Assembly: GCF_024521635.1 (NCBI RefSeq)
Contig: NW_026250403.1
Span: 2,294,001-2,358,000 of the forward strand
Direction of reading: 5' to 3'
Length of the DNA: 64,000 nt
From: Tricharina praecox
Taxonomy: Eukaryota
Both the position numbers and the translations under genes were made by a program. Of this stretch, positions 1 through 10,660 are shown piece by piece. The notes below the pieces were generated by a model. The model worked only from the letters and a program-made list of their open reading frames with translations, did not search any database and had not been told where the DNA came from. The number at the start of each line of letters is the position of its first letter. Position 1 is the stretch's first letter.

Positions 1-1
1 C

Positions 2-583
2 ACCGGAACGGCGCTAATCGAGAAGCGTCAAATCCGCTTGTTGAAAGCCTTTCGCCTTGCGGTCGTAAAAGAGGGCCCTGATCTCGCAGTGTTTACACAT
101 CCTAACGCACTCTCGAAGCTGGCACTCTGGATATCAGAAGCCATTCTGGAGCAGGAACGTGAAGCTTCGAAGAAGAAGCATTTGCCGCTTGTTGTTGCCT
201 CGCTGAACGAGCGGAGGGGCGTCTATGTCGTCGTCGGAACCGCTCTCGGATCGCATGTCGCCAATACCCTCAAAATCCAGAAGAAGAAAGAGGAGGCCGC
301 CAAACAAGCCGAGAAGGATGAAACACGGCGGAAGCTCGAAGAGGAGGGTCTTGACGACGAAGAGGAGGAGGAAGAGGACGACAGTGACGATGACAGCGAC
401 GACGAGCATGAAATGGAGCGGAAGGGCGGAAGGAATCGTTTCGGTATTGCTTTCCAAGACGTGGCCACTTCCACCCAGGCACGTATCCGGATCGACAGCT
501 TCGAATCGACGGTAGTTGAGGTCAAGCGAGACGATCTTGCGGGCTTCCTCGAGTCGCTTTCCCTTAACCTGAATCTCCAGTGA
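2..583 (+). CDS. CDC45: DNA replication initiation factor Cdc45, C-terminal part (5' end outside window)
   Basis: Frame is open from base 2: TGTALIEKRQIRLLKAFRLAVVKEGPDL..FTHPNALSKLALW..LPLVVASL..NRFGIAFQ..RIRIDSFESTVVEVKRDDLAGFLESLS. These are typical Cdc45 C-terminal motifs, with an acidic insertion. Confidence 0.93.
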   Translation, partial: TGTALIEKRQIRLLKAFRLAVVKEGPDLAVFTHPNALSKLALWISEAILEQEREASKKKHLPLVVASLNERRGVYVVVGTALGSHVANTLKIQKKKEEAAKQAEKDETRRKLEEEGLDDEEEEEEDDSDDDSDDEHEMERKGGRNRFGIAFQDVATSTQARIRIDSFESTVVEVKRDDLAGFLESLSLNLNLQ

Positions 584-1488
584 GCTTTCTGGTTCGATTT
601 CGCTGGAGTGGTGTCATAGCAGACTGGACTTCTCTTCTTTCTTCCCCCATTTCTCTTCTTGTGTATACTTACTTTCTTACCCGTCTTATTGTATGTGTTG
701 AATGATACTGGTAGCTTCGTTTTTGGGCCCTTTTGTATGTGTCTGGGCTGTAGGGTTAAGAGGGCTTTCCTGTTATATCACTTGGGTTCTTTTTGTCCTT
801 TCATTTTGTTTTTGCATGGTAAGAGCGGAGCGGGAACTGTTGGAATGGGTATTATAAAACATGAACTGTACTTGTACTCTATCACTAGTTTTTGGTTGCC
901 TTGTTTTTTATCTTTCTCATGCTGCTCCTTCTTGTTGGATTACACTATTCTACTGCTGCTTCTCTCTATCTGTCTCTCCCTGTCTCCGTCTCAGCATTGT
1001 ACTCGTACTCCTATCAGTCCTAGCATAGGACGCGTTGTCTTTTGACGAATCTAGAAGTGCAGTTCGACCCCTCAATTTGATCCCCCGTTTTGCCACGTTC
1101 TGTACGACACTTCCCACATTCTGGACCGCAGGCGGGGAGAGATGAGGCAGAGGAGATGAGGGACCAGTACATACCGCAGCAATAGCTCTGGCACACGAGT
1201 CACGAGGCCAAGTCCTATTGCCGAAATTCTCATGGCTGGTGGCAGTGGCGTTTTTTTACAGATCCTTTGTTTGGAACCGCCCTGGGATGGGGGTGGAAGG
1301 GGGGGAAACAACTCCCGACGGTTTGGATCCCTTTTCCACAGTATCTACACCACCCGTAACTTCGGCAATCCGTATCACCGAGTCGGTTTTCGATCTCCCT
1401 CCCCCCATCACTCCCTCAACCGACGACAGGCATCCATCCATTCATCCACTATATTTTTTTACGCGTGGGGGGAGCTGAGTAAACCACG

Positions 1489-2643
1489 ATGAGCTCAAAA
1501 GTAGAAGACATAGACCCGCAAAGCTACCGAGGCCACGCGATCCTCGACACCGACTACTCCCAGCGAGTTCTCTTCCCCGTAGAGCCCTCATCAACCATCG
1601 GCATTCCTCCGGCGCAGTTATTTCTCCTTTCTCCAGAGCCTGATCTCCCACGGATCCACCGCGCCAGGAGTATCCAAGGCACTGAGCCATCAGAGGGCAC
1701 GTGGATTTATGAGCCACGGTTTCGCGGCTTCGTGGAATGGAGGGCAGAAGATGAAAGTTGGTTTGAGGCACGGTGCTCGACCGAGACGTTGCGAGAGGAT
1801 GGGAGCGGGGGTGGGAATGAGGAATGGCTCTCAAGAACGATTGCGATGCCGGCAATACCACCAGCGGCGCATCAGACGGGGAGGCAAAAGGCAGTGCTGG
1901 GGATGCCACACCCGGGAATACCGGTCAAGCTCCCCAGGGGATCTGGGAGTGCGGCCAGTGGAGATACTGGTACCGGCAGTCGGCTGAGAATACCTCCGCC
2001 AGTATCATATCTCAACATCCCCGGCGGCAATCCTAGTCCCACCGCGTTGATCAGTCCCTTCCTGGCCAACAACCTCCCCGCCGCCTCACCCCTCCTCCAC
2101 GGCAATGGGCCGGACTTGATCCTCATCCTGCCACCGGACAACACCCTCGCCCGCGTCCCCTTTCCATCAACAAACAAAGACGCAATACTGTTCCGAGATC
2201 TGATGCAGACGTACACGGCGCACCGGGGACGCTGGTCGACGCTCAAGCACCTCCGGCATATCCGGATTGTGACGCTGCCGAGAGCGCATGTAGAGGTGAT
2301 GGAGTTTCCGCACCAGTCGTTACTGCGCGGGATTAGGAATCCGAAGATGGCGACGAAGCGAGTGGAGGGTCTAGAGAAGGAGGTTATCGATAGTATTCAG
2401 ATGCTACGTAGTGGTGGGCGGGGTGGAAGTACCGACGGACTGGCGCTCGAGCTCGTCGAGGGGTGGAGTCTGTGGAGGTTGACGGCTGCAGTGGTGGTGG
2501 TTGTAGGGCTAGCGGGGATGACGGCGAGCGTGTGGAAGGTTTGTGGGGGTGAGGGAGGCGTGCTGGTGGGGTTGATTCTGGGGATTTCGGTTTTGCTGGT
2601 GGGAGCGGCGATAACGGGCGCGTGGATTGCGGTGAGCTGGTGA
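1489..2643 (+). CDS. Hypothetical fungal protein, Pro-rich middle, two C-terminal transmembrane helices
   Basis: 384-aa ORF with two hydrophobic stretches at the end (LTAAVVVVVGLAGMTASVW; VLVGLILGISVLLVGAAITGAWIAVSW). The start is uncertain; an upstream exon from the ATG at ~1287 is possible. Confidence 0.7.
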   Translation: MSSKVEDIDPQSYRGHAILDTDYSQRVLFPVEPSSTIGIPPAQLFLLSPEPDLPRIHRARSIQGTEPSEGTWIYEPRFRGFVEWRAEDESWFEARCSTETLREDGSGGGNEEWLSRTIAMPAIPPAAHQTGRQKAVLGMPHPGIPVKLPRGSGSAASGDTGTGSRLRIPPPVSYLNIPGGNPSPTALISPFLANNLPAASPLLHGNGPDLILILPPDNTLARVPFPSTNKDAILFRDLMQTYTAHRGRWSTLKHLRHIRIVTLPRAHVEVMEFPHQSLLRGIRNPKMATKRVEGLEKEVIDSIQMLRSGGRGGSTDGLALELVEGWSLWRLTAAVVVVVGLAGMTASVWKVCGGEGGVLVGLILGISVLLVGAAITGAWIAVSW

Positions 2644-2741
2644 GTGATGAGTGGTGTTGATCCGGAGCCTTGCGATATGTGAATCCCATTTACAATAGAT
2701 GCTCTATATTAAGTCGTAGATAGTACTTTACATGAGGATAA

Positions 2742-4525
2742 TCAATCCCCTGAGGTGTGCCGCTTCGCCATCCCCTTCCAAAACACTGCCGTAAAGAACA
2801 TGCCCATGGCGGCCAACCCCATGCCGAGATAATGGGCGCCCCGATAGCCAGCCAGCTTATCCCTCCCCCCATTATTAACATTAACCTCCACATTCCCTGC
2901 CAGCGCCAACCCAATCGCCACGGAGTAGTTGACGATGGTGTTGATAAAGCTCCCCGCCACGCCCTGTTCCTCCGGTTTCAATTTATCGCTCGCGATGAGA
3001 CTGGCGCATGCGAAGGAGAGATCCGGTCCGAAACAGATGATGATACAGGTTGGAAAAGTCATAGCCCAATAGGTCTGCTCGACGGGAGTGAATGCCAGCA
3101 TTGTCTGTCCGATGAAGAATGATATCATCGAGGCGCCGAAGATGACGTATCCAGGCACCCGTGGAAGCAGTATTACGGCCAACACGGCAGCGACGAGACC
3201 GATTACCGCGCATGGAAGAAGCTGCAATGATGTCTGCAAAGGACTCACACCACGGAATTCCATCAGGAAGTGTGGTTGGTAGTACTGGAACATTCCGAAG
3301 GACATCCAGCCTGCGCAGAGGGAGATGGCGACGGCTACGAAGGTGGGTGATTTGAAGATGCTCATAGGGAGGATTGGGTGCGCGACTTTGTTCTCGATGT
3401 GGCAGAAGAGGCCGAGAAGGAGGAGGCCTACGACTAGTAATATAGGCGTCTGTGGTGCTGACCAGCCGAAAGTTGGGCCGCCGCTGTTGATGTGGTCAGC
3501 TATGTGGTCACAAAAGTGGGACATGAATGGGGGGAAATACTTCAAAGAAACAAAGACGAGTATTAGGCCCGTGACTCCAACTACACTACCGAGATAATCC
3601 ACGGTGCCCTCTCCTCTTCCATTCAGTCCTTGTGTATTCGGAATGACCGCCCACGAAGCCACCGCAAGACCGATACACACAATGGCTATACTCCAATATA
3701 TCCATCCCCATGGTAGCCCCGTCTCTATCACTGCAGCTCCCCATGCCCCGCCGAGGACATATCCACCAGGCGCAATGGCGCCGAAGACACAAAACGCGAG
3801 CATTTTCCGCGATTGGTCGTGTCGGGATCTGGTGTCTGGCCATGCACCGGCAAGCAATGCTGCAGCGTTTGGCATCATGATCGAAGGTCCGATACCGGAA
3901 AGCGCCCTAAGCACATCGAAGGCGATATGGTTTCGAACAAAGCCGGCTGCGAGACTGAAGATTGCGAGCCAGAGCCAGCCTATCAGGAATAGATTCTTCC
4001 GGCCATAGATATCGCCGAGGCGGCCGGTTATCAGGACAAAAGCGCCGACTGTGCATCTGGGATGATGTAAGCAAAGGTTTCTGAGAATGATCCGGGGAAA
4101 CGAACGAGTAGCTTGCTACAAACCAGCTCTGATCTGCCGGTTTATTCGGGATTCCCAGTCCTTCCGCAACAGCTGCTATCGGTATAATCGTATTACCTAG
4201 GTTGACTTGCTACTTGCCGGAACACGTCTTAGTTTCACGTGCTCACCATAAAAGGAGCTTGTGAGATACTTACAGTAATCAATTGCGCCGACGTAACAAT
4301 CATGATGAACAGCATCTCGTGCCAGAAGCCGCGGAAAACAGCCGGCCCCTTCACCGCTGTGCCGCTCTCCAGCTTCTCATCGACCATGTCTTCTGCGCCG
4401 TGCACCGTCTCAGTTGTGCTGACCGACCTTTTACTTGACGAGGCAGCCGCTGGGCCGCCATATGGCTGTGTGGTGGGAGTAATGTGGGGCACTGTGTCGC
4501 GTGGCACCTCAACTGGCGACATCAT
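2742..4525 (-). CDS. MFS drug:H+ antiporter (DHA2, ATR1/aminotriazole-resistance-like), 4 exons
   Basis: Spliced product contains motif A GRLGDIYGRK, RALSGIGPSIMMPNA, WGWIYW, DYLG, EQGVAGSFINT and many TM segments. Introns are GT-AG, including the in-frame 57-nt intron 3484-3540 that the ORF track reads through. Confidence 0.9.
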
Positions 4526-6120
4526 TGGCAATATCGAGCTCGGAAAAACGATTTCTCGACTGTTAGAACTTCTGGATGGGCTGGTATGGCATGATATCAA
4601 GATCTCAGATGCAGCAGGCTTTATGGTTAAGTAGGGCGCTCGCTATCCAAGGAACGGGAATATTAATCTACGCGTTCGGCTTTGCGCCGGATATAACATG
4701 GGTTCTATATCCGGGAGCCGTCAACTCGCTAGTTGACGTTTTTAGGTAAGCGAACGGATCTGGCAGGCTACCAGCTCCACGGTTCGCGTCTAGACCTTGA
4801 CCCCAATCAGCACCCGGAAATACGGTTCACGATTTGGGGGAACATCTTTACTCCGATGTCTATCAATCTTGGCCGAGCAGCGTCGCGGCTTCTATTCTAC
4901 ACCGTATTAGTTATATCCGGGCCGAATGTCTTCGTCGATTGCGGGCTGTGGACACACAAAGCAAAATCCAGACCCGTCCGGACGTTGGATCCCAGGAATC
5001 AGACTTGGCCCGTCCGACCAGAATCGACCAACCCTAATCTCGCGGCTTCAATGCGAATGGACCGCGGAGGCTGGTAGCCGCGCTGTGGCGATACGGCAGG
5101 AGCGAGCGCAAACCCGTCAGTCTCAGCTGAAAGCTGCCTTGGCAGCAGACGGCCCACAGAATTCGTGTGTAAAGTGCTCAGCCCCTTCTCAGCAATGGCT
5201 CACAGGACCGGTTGGAATTTCGCTTGCGCATCCAAGTACATAAGCTTAACCTACATGCCAGGAAATATCAGCGAGTGAAGCGAGGATCGCCTTGCTTACT
5301 TTTCGTGGCATGGCCCCGAAGTCAAAGGACTACATACCAACGATTGGAATACAAGGTACCGGGTGTGCAGATGCGTCCTTACATGAAGTTTCTATATTCC
5401 TTTTCCACTCTACCTACTCTTCTCTTGCTGAACGGACATTCACTTCCGTGAATCCAGACTCTGCATCTAGGAATAGTGTGTTCAGGAAGTCCACGACTCC
5501 ACGGGAGAGGACGCTGGATATTGAACGACTTTCGTCTGGAGCCAGGGGAAACTGCTACCAGTAATATGCTCCTGGACGTGGCTCATTCAATGAAAGGACT
5601 AGAAATAGGTACGAAATGATCCCAGGGCCTCAGGCCAGTAACCAGTTAGAGTACGTGGACGGTTGTGATACACTTAACAGAGGAGTGTCCTGGAGGTTGG
5701 TAGGGCTGAAAGCCACAGGTACGACAACTGAGAAAGGCACATACCAGTACGTAAAAAAAAAGCAAATCAGTCTGAGAATAGCAATCCCATAGCCCCCATT
5801 CTGCCCGTGATTTCGCTCAAGCCCCTACTCTTCGACGAATGATGGCAAAGTACAATGCTGACCACGTTGCGATGCTCTTTGTAACGGACGCCCTATGGGT
5901 AACTTCAGCTTGGCTGCATTGACAGTCCATTGGCCTTGTTGGAGGTACAATGCGAAATGCTGGTATCGAGAAGGACTGAACTGGATATAAAGAGACGAGT
6001 TTCTCCCGAGGAATATTGTCTCTGCATCCTCATCACAGTCACTGATTTCCACTAGCATCCTCATCTTCCTTTCGCTTCCAGCATCCCCTTACTACATTCT
6101 CTTATATTAATCGATATACA

Positions 6121-6200
6121 CACCAGTGCTCATTCACTCTCACCAGTGCTCATTCACTCTCACCAGTGCTCATTCACTCTCACCAGTGCTCATTCACTCT
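6121..6200 (+). repeat. 20-bp perfect tandem repeat x4 (CACCAGTGCTCATTCACTCT) just upstream of the Cys-rich gene
   Basis: Four exact copies read directly; the array ends 37 nt before the ATG at 6238. Confidence 0.97.
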
Positions 6201-6237
6201 CACTCGTCTAATCACTCGATCACTCACTCATTCCACG

Positions 6238-6894
6238 ATGCTTCAATTCATCCTTATTGTCGCTATTGGCCTCGGATTTTCCACGGCTCTCCCAACTACC
6301 ACTGCCAATACCCATTTGCCCGACCACATTAATCCCGCCCCCTCGAAGTGTCCCACCCTCTGCGAGGACGCCATCAATGAATGCGGCATGAGGTACGGCG
6401 GGTGCTACCCGCACCCCAAATGCGCCGGCGTCCCCAAACCAATCTTCACCCCACCTCCGTGCCCAACCGTCAGCAAGGGATGCCCTCAAATCTGCTCGGA
6501 CGCCGTCAACGAGTGCGGCATGATGTACGGCGGATGCTACCCGGAACCCAAGTGCGCCGGCGTCCCCGCCCCAGTCTTCACCGCGCCTCCGTGCCCGCCC
6601 TCCGGTTCGAACAAGCCAGTCGCCTGCATGCAGTCCATCTGCTACGACCACGTCGATGAGTGCGGCCAGGGCTTTGGCGGCTGCACCCTCGCCCCCGAAT
6701 GTGGTGGCCCCGCCAGTCCTACCTTCTCCCGCCCTAGCTGCAGCTTGACGAAGCCGACCGCGAAGCCTATCCGTTACGTTCCGGTCGTCAAGAAGCCGAA
6801 GGCTACGCCTTACGCTTCGGCCGGTAAGAAGCCCAAGAACAAGAGTGTTCCTTGCACGTCGGCCACCGCCACCCCGACTCGCAGATATGTGTAG
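6238..6894 (+). CDS. Small secreted cysteine-rich protein with three ~39-aa 6-Cys repeats and a Lys/Pro-rich tail
   Basis: Signal peptide MLQFILIVAIGLGFSTALP. Three repeats of approximate pattern C-x3/4-C-x-D-x2-[ND]ECG-x2-[YF]GGC-x5-C-x-G-x4-FT-x-PPC. Strong C-ending codon bias. Confidence 0.88.
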   Translation: MLQFILIVAIGLGFSTALPTTTANTHLPDHINPAPSKCPTLCEDAINECGMRYGGCYPHPKCAGVPKPIFTPPPCPTVSKGCPQICSDAVNECGMMYGGCYPEPKCAGVPAPVFTAPPCPPSGSNKPVACMQSICYDHVDECGQGFGGCTLAPECGGPASPTFSRPSCSLTKPTAKPIRYVPVVKKPKATPYASAGKKPKNKSVPCTSATATPTRRYV

Positions 6895-7151
6895 ATTCAC
6901 CGTCTTGGTGTTGATACATCGTAGGATATTAGTTCATATGTAACTGGATGAAGACGCGGACTCGATGATGATGAGGAGTGATGTTTACTAGTTTATTTCA
7001 TAATATAATTATCTTTGGCGGAAAAAAGTTCCCAGCTGTGATATCTGCAGTGCTACCGTCCCGCCCTTTTCTTCTCGTAGCCCGAAGCCCTATATAAGTA
7101 CACACATCCTACACAGATTCCCAGAAGCGCAATCCATCCATCGCCAACCAT

Positions 7152-8091
7152 CTATTTCCCCCCATCGTCCCCCTCTTCCTCACTCGTATCATTGTCCCAC
7201 CTCTCACTGGGTATATGTCCCAACTGCAACCTTCCAACCACCCTCCGATGCAGCCTCCCCTTCGAGCTCAAACTCCACAGAAAGCCCACCCTCATAAAAT
7301 CCGTGCCGCGCAGTGCCAACCGACAACAGATGCCGAGATCGTGCGTCACGAGCTTCCGCCAGCTGTGTGCTCCCGCAGGCAGCTGGAACTCCTCGAGCGA
7401 AAGGTCCTCGGAGAGCCAGTCTCGCACTAGATCGTCCAGGAGAAGCGCCGAGAGCGCGGACACGTAGGGGCGTGATTGGTATTCGCCCTGAAGGCTGCAG
7501 GTGGTGAGGGTGGTGGTGTTAGATATATGAGTGGGATAAGGGGGTCTGGAGGGATGGGGGGAGGGGGGAGGGGGGAGGGGAGGGGTATACCCAGGGAAGT
7601 ACAGTTCTATCGTCCTGGCTGCGGCGAACCTGCGATACGAGTTCCACGAGAGCAGCGCGGGCCTGAAGACGGGGAGGATAGCATCCCTAATATACGCCAC
7701 GGCATCGATCTCGGAGAGGCCTCTGCAGCTCAGCATCCTCTGGGACCGTTCGTCTGTTACCGGGTCCCGCCATCAGCGTCGTCCCAGCAGCAGCAGCAGC
7801 AGTCGATATCTAGCGTAACATACCCTCCGCGATCTCCTCGAGTATCCCGCACAAGAGCGAGTCTGCTATCATGTGTCCCTCGTGCAGCGTCTCGATCAAC
7901 GCACGGTCCATGAGGCCAGCGTCAAAGGCCACCTTGGACAGTTTTGTGAGGCGCTCCCGCACCCGTATGTGGTACACCTGGAGGGCGCCGAGGAGGGCCG
8001 GCGTAAGAAGGACCCGGAAGTGCTCGCCCGCGCGCGGGCTCGGGGTGCTGTAGTAGCCGTAGCCAACGAAGGTCACGTATATCGCTGACAT
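7152..8091 (-). CDS. Hypothetical protein, probably 3 exons
   Basis: ORFs 7810-8091 and 7152-7736 can be joined by an intron starting GTATGT near 7822. A second, in-frame 96-nt intron at 7495-7590 is C-rich on the coding strand. No family recognised. Confidence 0.55.
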
Positions 8092-8518
8092 CTGCGGTTG
8101 TGATGGTGGACAGTGAGGGGAGGGGGCGAGGAAACATCATCATCATCCGGATGAGCCTGAGGCTACGTTTTGCGTTTGGAACTTTAATGGTGCTGATGAC
8201 GCTTGACGTGACGACAGAAAATTTACTCAAAGGCTTGATAATAATAGCATCCGCGAACGTCAGTGGGAAGGTGAATCGCCGTAGAGTAGGTTATTTTGGC
8301 CCGGCACTGTGCACGCAATGCCGTCACGACGATCATCAAAGTCACCGCGAAGAACGATGGTCCCAAAAACACTCAGTACGTAGTCCCTTTCATTGCCTGC
8401 AAGTAAAGACAGTCTTCTGCACAGTATTTTCCAATGATTCCCTCCAAATAACCTAGAGGCCTCTTCCACAATCCCAGATCAAACACAACCTGCCGGTTTT
8501 GTCATCCCGATCGACGTT

Positions 8519-9876
8519 TTAACGGCTTGCAGCCCAGTTCTTAACCAGACTCTGGTAGTTGCTGTCGTCGGTGAAGATAGTGTACTGGATAGACATTAGT
8601 CGGGTTCCGGGACATCTGGGGGAAGATTCGGAGTAACTCACAGTATCGTCGCTGGTGCGGCCACCGCTCAAGGTCAAGCCAAACTGCCAGTAGAGATCCT
8701 AAAACCCAATTAGAATACTGTCTCACCGACACGACGCTGTGAGGATACTTACAGCAGTGAGACCGGAGCTCTTCATGGTAGCGTGCCACGAGTTGATCCA
8801 CTGATCGCGGACCGCTCCGTCCTCGGGAACACCGTACTCCTCAATGACACAGGCCTTTCCGGCAGTTTTACAAGCCGCGGCGTGGTCGGTGATCCACTGG
8901 TTACCCCAATCGTAAGTTTGGCCCCAGGCGGTGGTGTACAGATGGAGCGTTCCGAAGTCCAAAGTCGCGATCTTCAGGTTCGCCTCGAAATCGACACCCT
9001 CGCCTCCTTGGTAGGGGTATGTCAGGCTGCTCCCGCGGTTGAAGAAGCCCTCGTCACCGAGAGAGACGTAGTGGCTGCTGTCGAGGGACTTGATGTACTG
9101 GGACATGGTGGTGGCCCAGTTGGTGATGACGGAGGTGGCACAACCAGAGCAGCGGGGCTCGCTAAAGAAGATTAGCAACGGTCACATATATATCTGTGGA
9201 AGTGGGGAGGGTTACTTCGCAAGCTGCCATGAGAAGATGGCGCTGGAGCTCTTGTAGCGGCTGACGACGGCATTCACGTAGTTCTTGTAAGCGGCCTGGG
9301 CGCGACTGTCGGTGTAGAAGGCCGCATGCGAGCCCAAGCCGAGCTTCGAGACGTAAACGTCCATTCCACCGTAGTCACCCCAGTTGTTGACTATTTTCTT
9401 AGTCAATTCCCATCCGAGGGCGGAGGGTGGATGGAGGATTACACACCCATAGGAAGGATGAGCTTGATCCCGTACTTCTCGGCCGCCTTGACAACGGCAT
9501 CCAATCTCTGCAGACCATTGGTGCCAGTGTTGATGGAGGGAGTCGAAGAGGACCAGCACTGGAAGTGGATTCCACTGCACGATGTGCTGTCTTGGAATGC
9601 CCAAGTGCGCACGACCTTCAAGCCAGCGGCCTGGACAGCCGCGAAAGTGGTGTCGATGTCGGCGTCGCTGGTAAGGAATGGAAGCCAGTAGGCATTGGTG
9701 CCAGCGAAGGAGCTGTAGCATTGTCAGTCTCCGGTACTTGGGGACCGATCAAGGGCGACGTACGAGAAGGTAGCTCTGGTCTCAAGCTTGTTGGCCTCAG
9801 CGTTCGGAACGGCGGCAGGGGCGGCAACGACAAGGCTGGCTAGCAGCGAAACGAAGGCGAGGGCAGAGAACTGCAT
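8519..9876 (-). CDS. Secreted GH5 (subfamily 7-like) endo-beta-1,4-mannanase, multi-exon, no CBM seen
   Basis: Signal peptide [20 protein letters not shown]. Motifs [38 protein letters not shown] (acid/base Glu), [20 protein letters not shown] (nucleophile) and DLYWQFG; ends ..KNWAASR*. Confidence 0.93.
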
Positions 9877-10437
9877 GATTGCAAGGGGATTCAAGGAGTG
9901 AATTCTGGAAGAGCTGTGAATGCTGATGAGGAATCATTTTGTGGTGGGAATTGACTGGTTTTATATGACTCTTTCCCTGCAAACGTTCGACATAAATCGT
10001 GCGATGAGTCCACCATCACCATGGCAGAACTGTGGCCATGGGAGAACTTGGGATTGATTGAGCAACATGTCGAAAGCCATGGATTATGCCCTCCCCCTCT
10101 CTCCACACCCCTCACTCCTCCGGAAGGTCTAGCGCCACTTCCGGTCTCCGAACTCCTGAATGTTGGAGACAGTCCATAGTAGGAATATTCACGAGCAGGA
10201 TTGCAATAACGGCCGAGGAATTTGTGGCAATCTATCTGGTTCCCTAACGCACGGGCTTGGGCCGTCACAGTGCGATGTATAGTGCTGTTAATATCGGAAT
10301 TGAGTGATCGTTCTTGCATTACCCCAGATTCGAAAAGTCCCTGGCGAGACGACGTGCATGTGGCTTCGGAATACGCGAAGTCGTCCCGGATCGTATGCAG
10401 GGTTGTGCTGCTCTGTCCACTTCGTCATATCCCACAA

Positions 10438-10660
10438 GGTGGCTGGTCAACAGACCATCCCCTTTGTCCGGCGAGTGCTCGAGAGTGGAGCCTTGCGGGA
10501 GTTAATCAGTACAAGCGACCCAGTCACTCAGCCACAGCAGTTGGGCTGTCACAAATAAAGCTCTTTGCGTTTAACTGAGGCCGAGTGACTGCGCCGTTCA
10601 CGCAATGCACTGCTCCAATCTCCATGTACTCGCCGGACAAAGGGATGGTTGCTCCACCAC
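10438..10660. repeat. Long imperfect inverted repeat (fold-back)
   Basis: 10454-10476 pairs with 10628-10649 (one indel), 10481-10491 with 10612-10622 (one mismatch) and 10521-10533 with 10579-10591 (one mismatch), in nested order. Confidence 0.85.

Noticed and set aside
5030..5037. AACCCTAA, resembling a telomerase RNA template
   Set aside because: An 8-mer arises by chance in 64 kb, and I could not identify a pseudoknot, CR4/5 or 3' processing signals. An Infernal search with a fungal TER model would settle it.
6121..6200. Regular repeat as a CRISPR-like array
   Set aside because: No spacers, no cas genes and a eukaryotic context; it is a simple tandem repeat.
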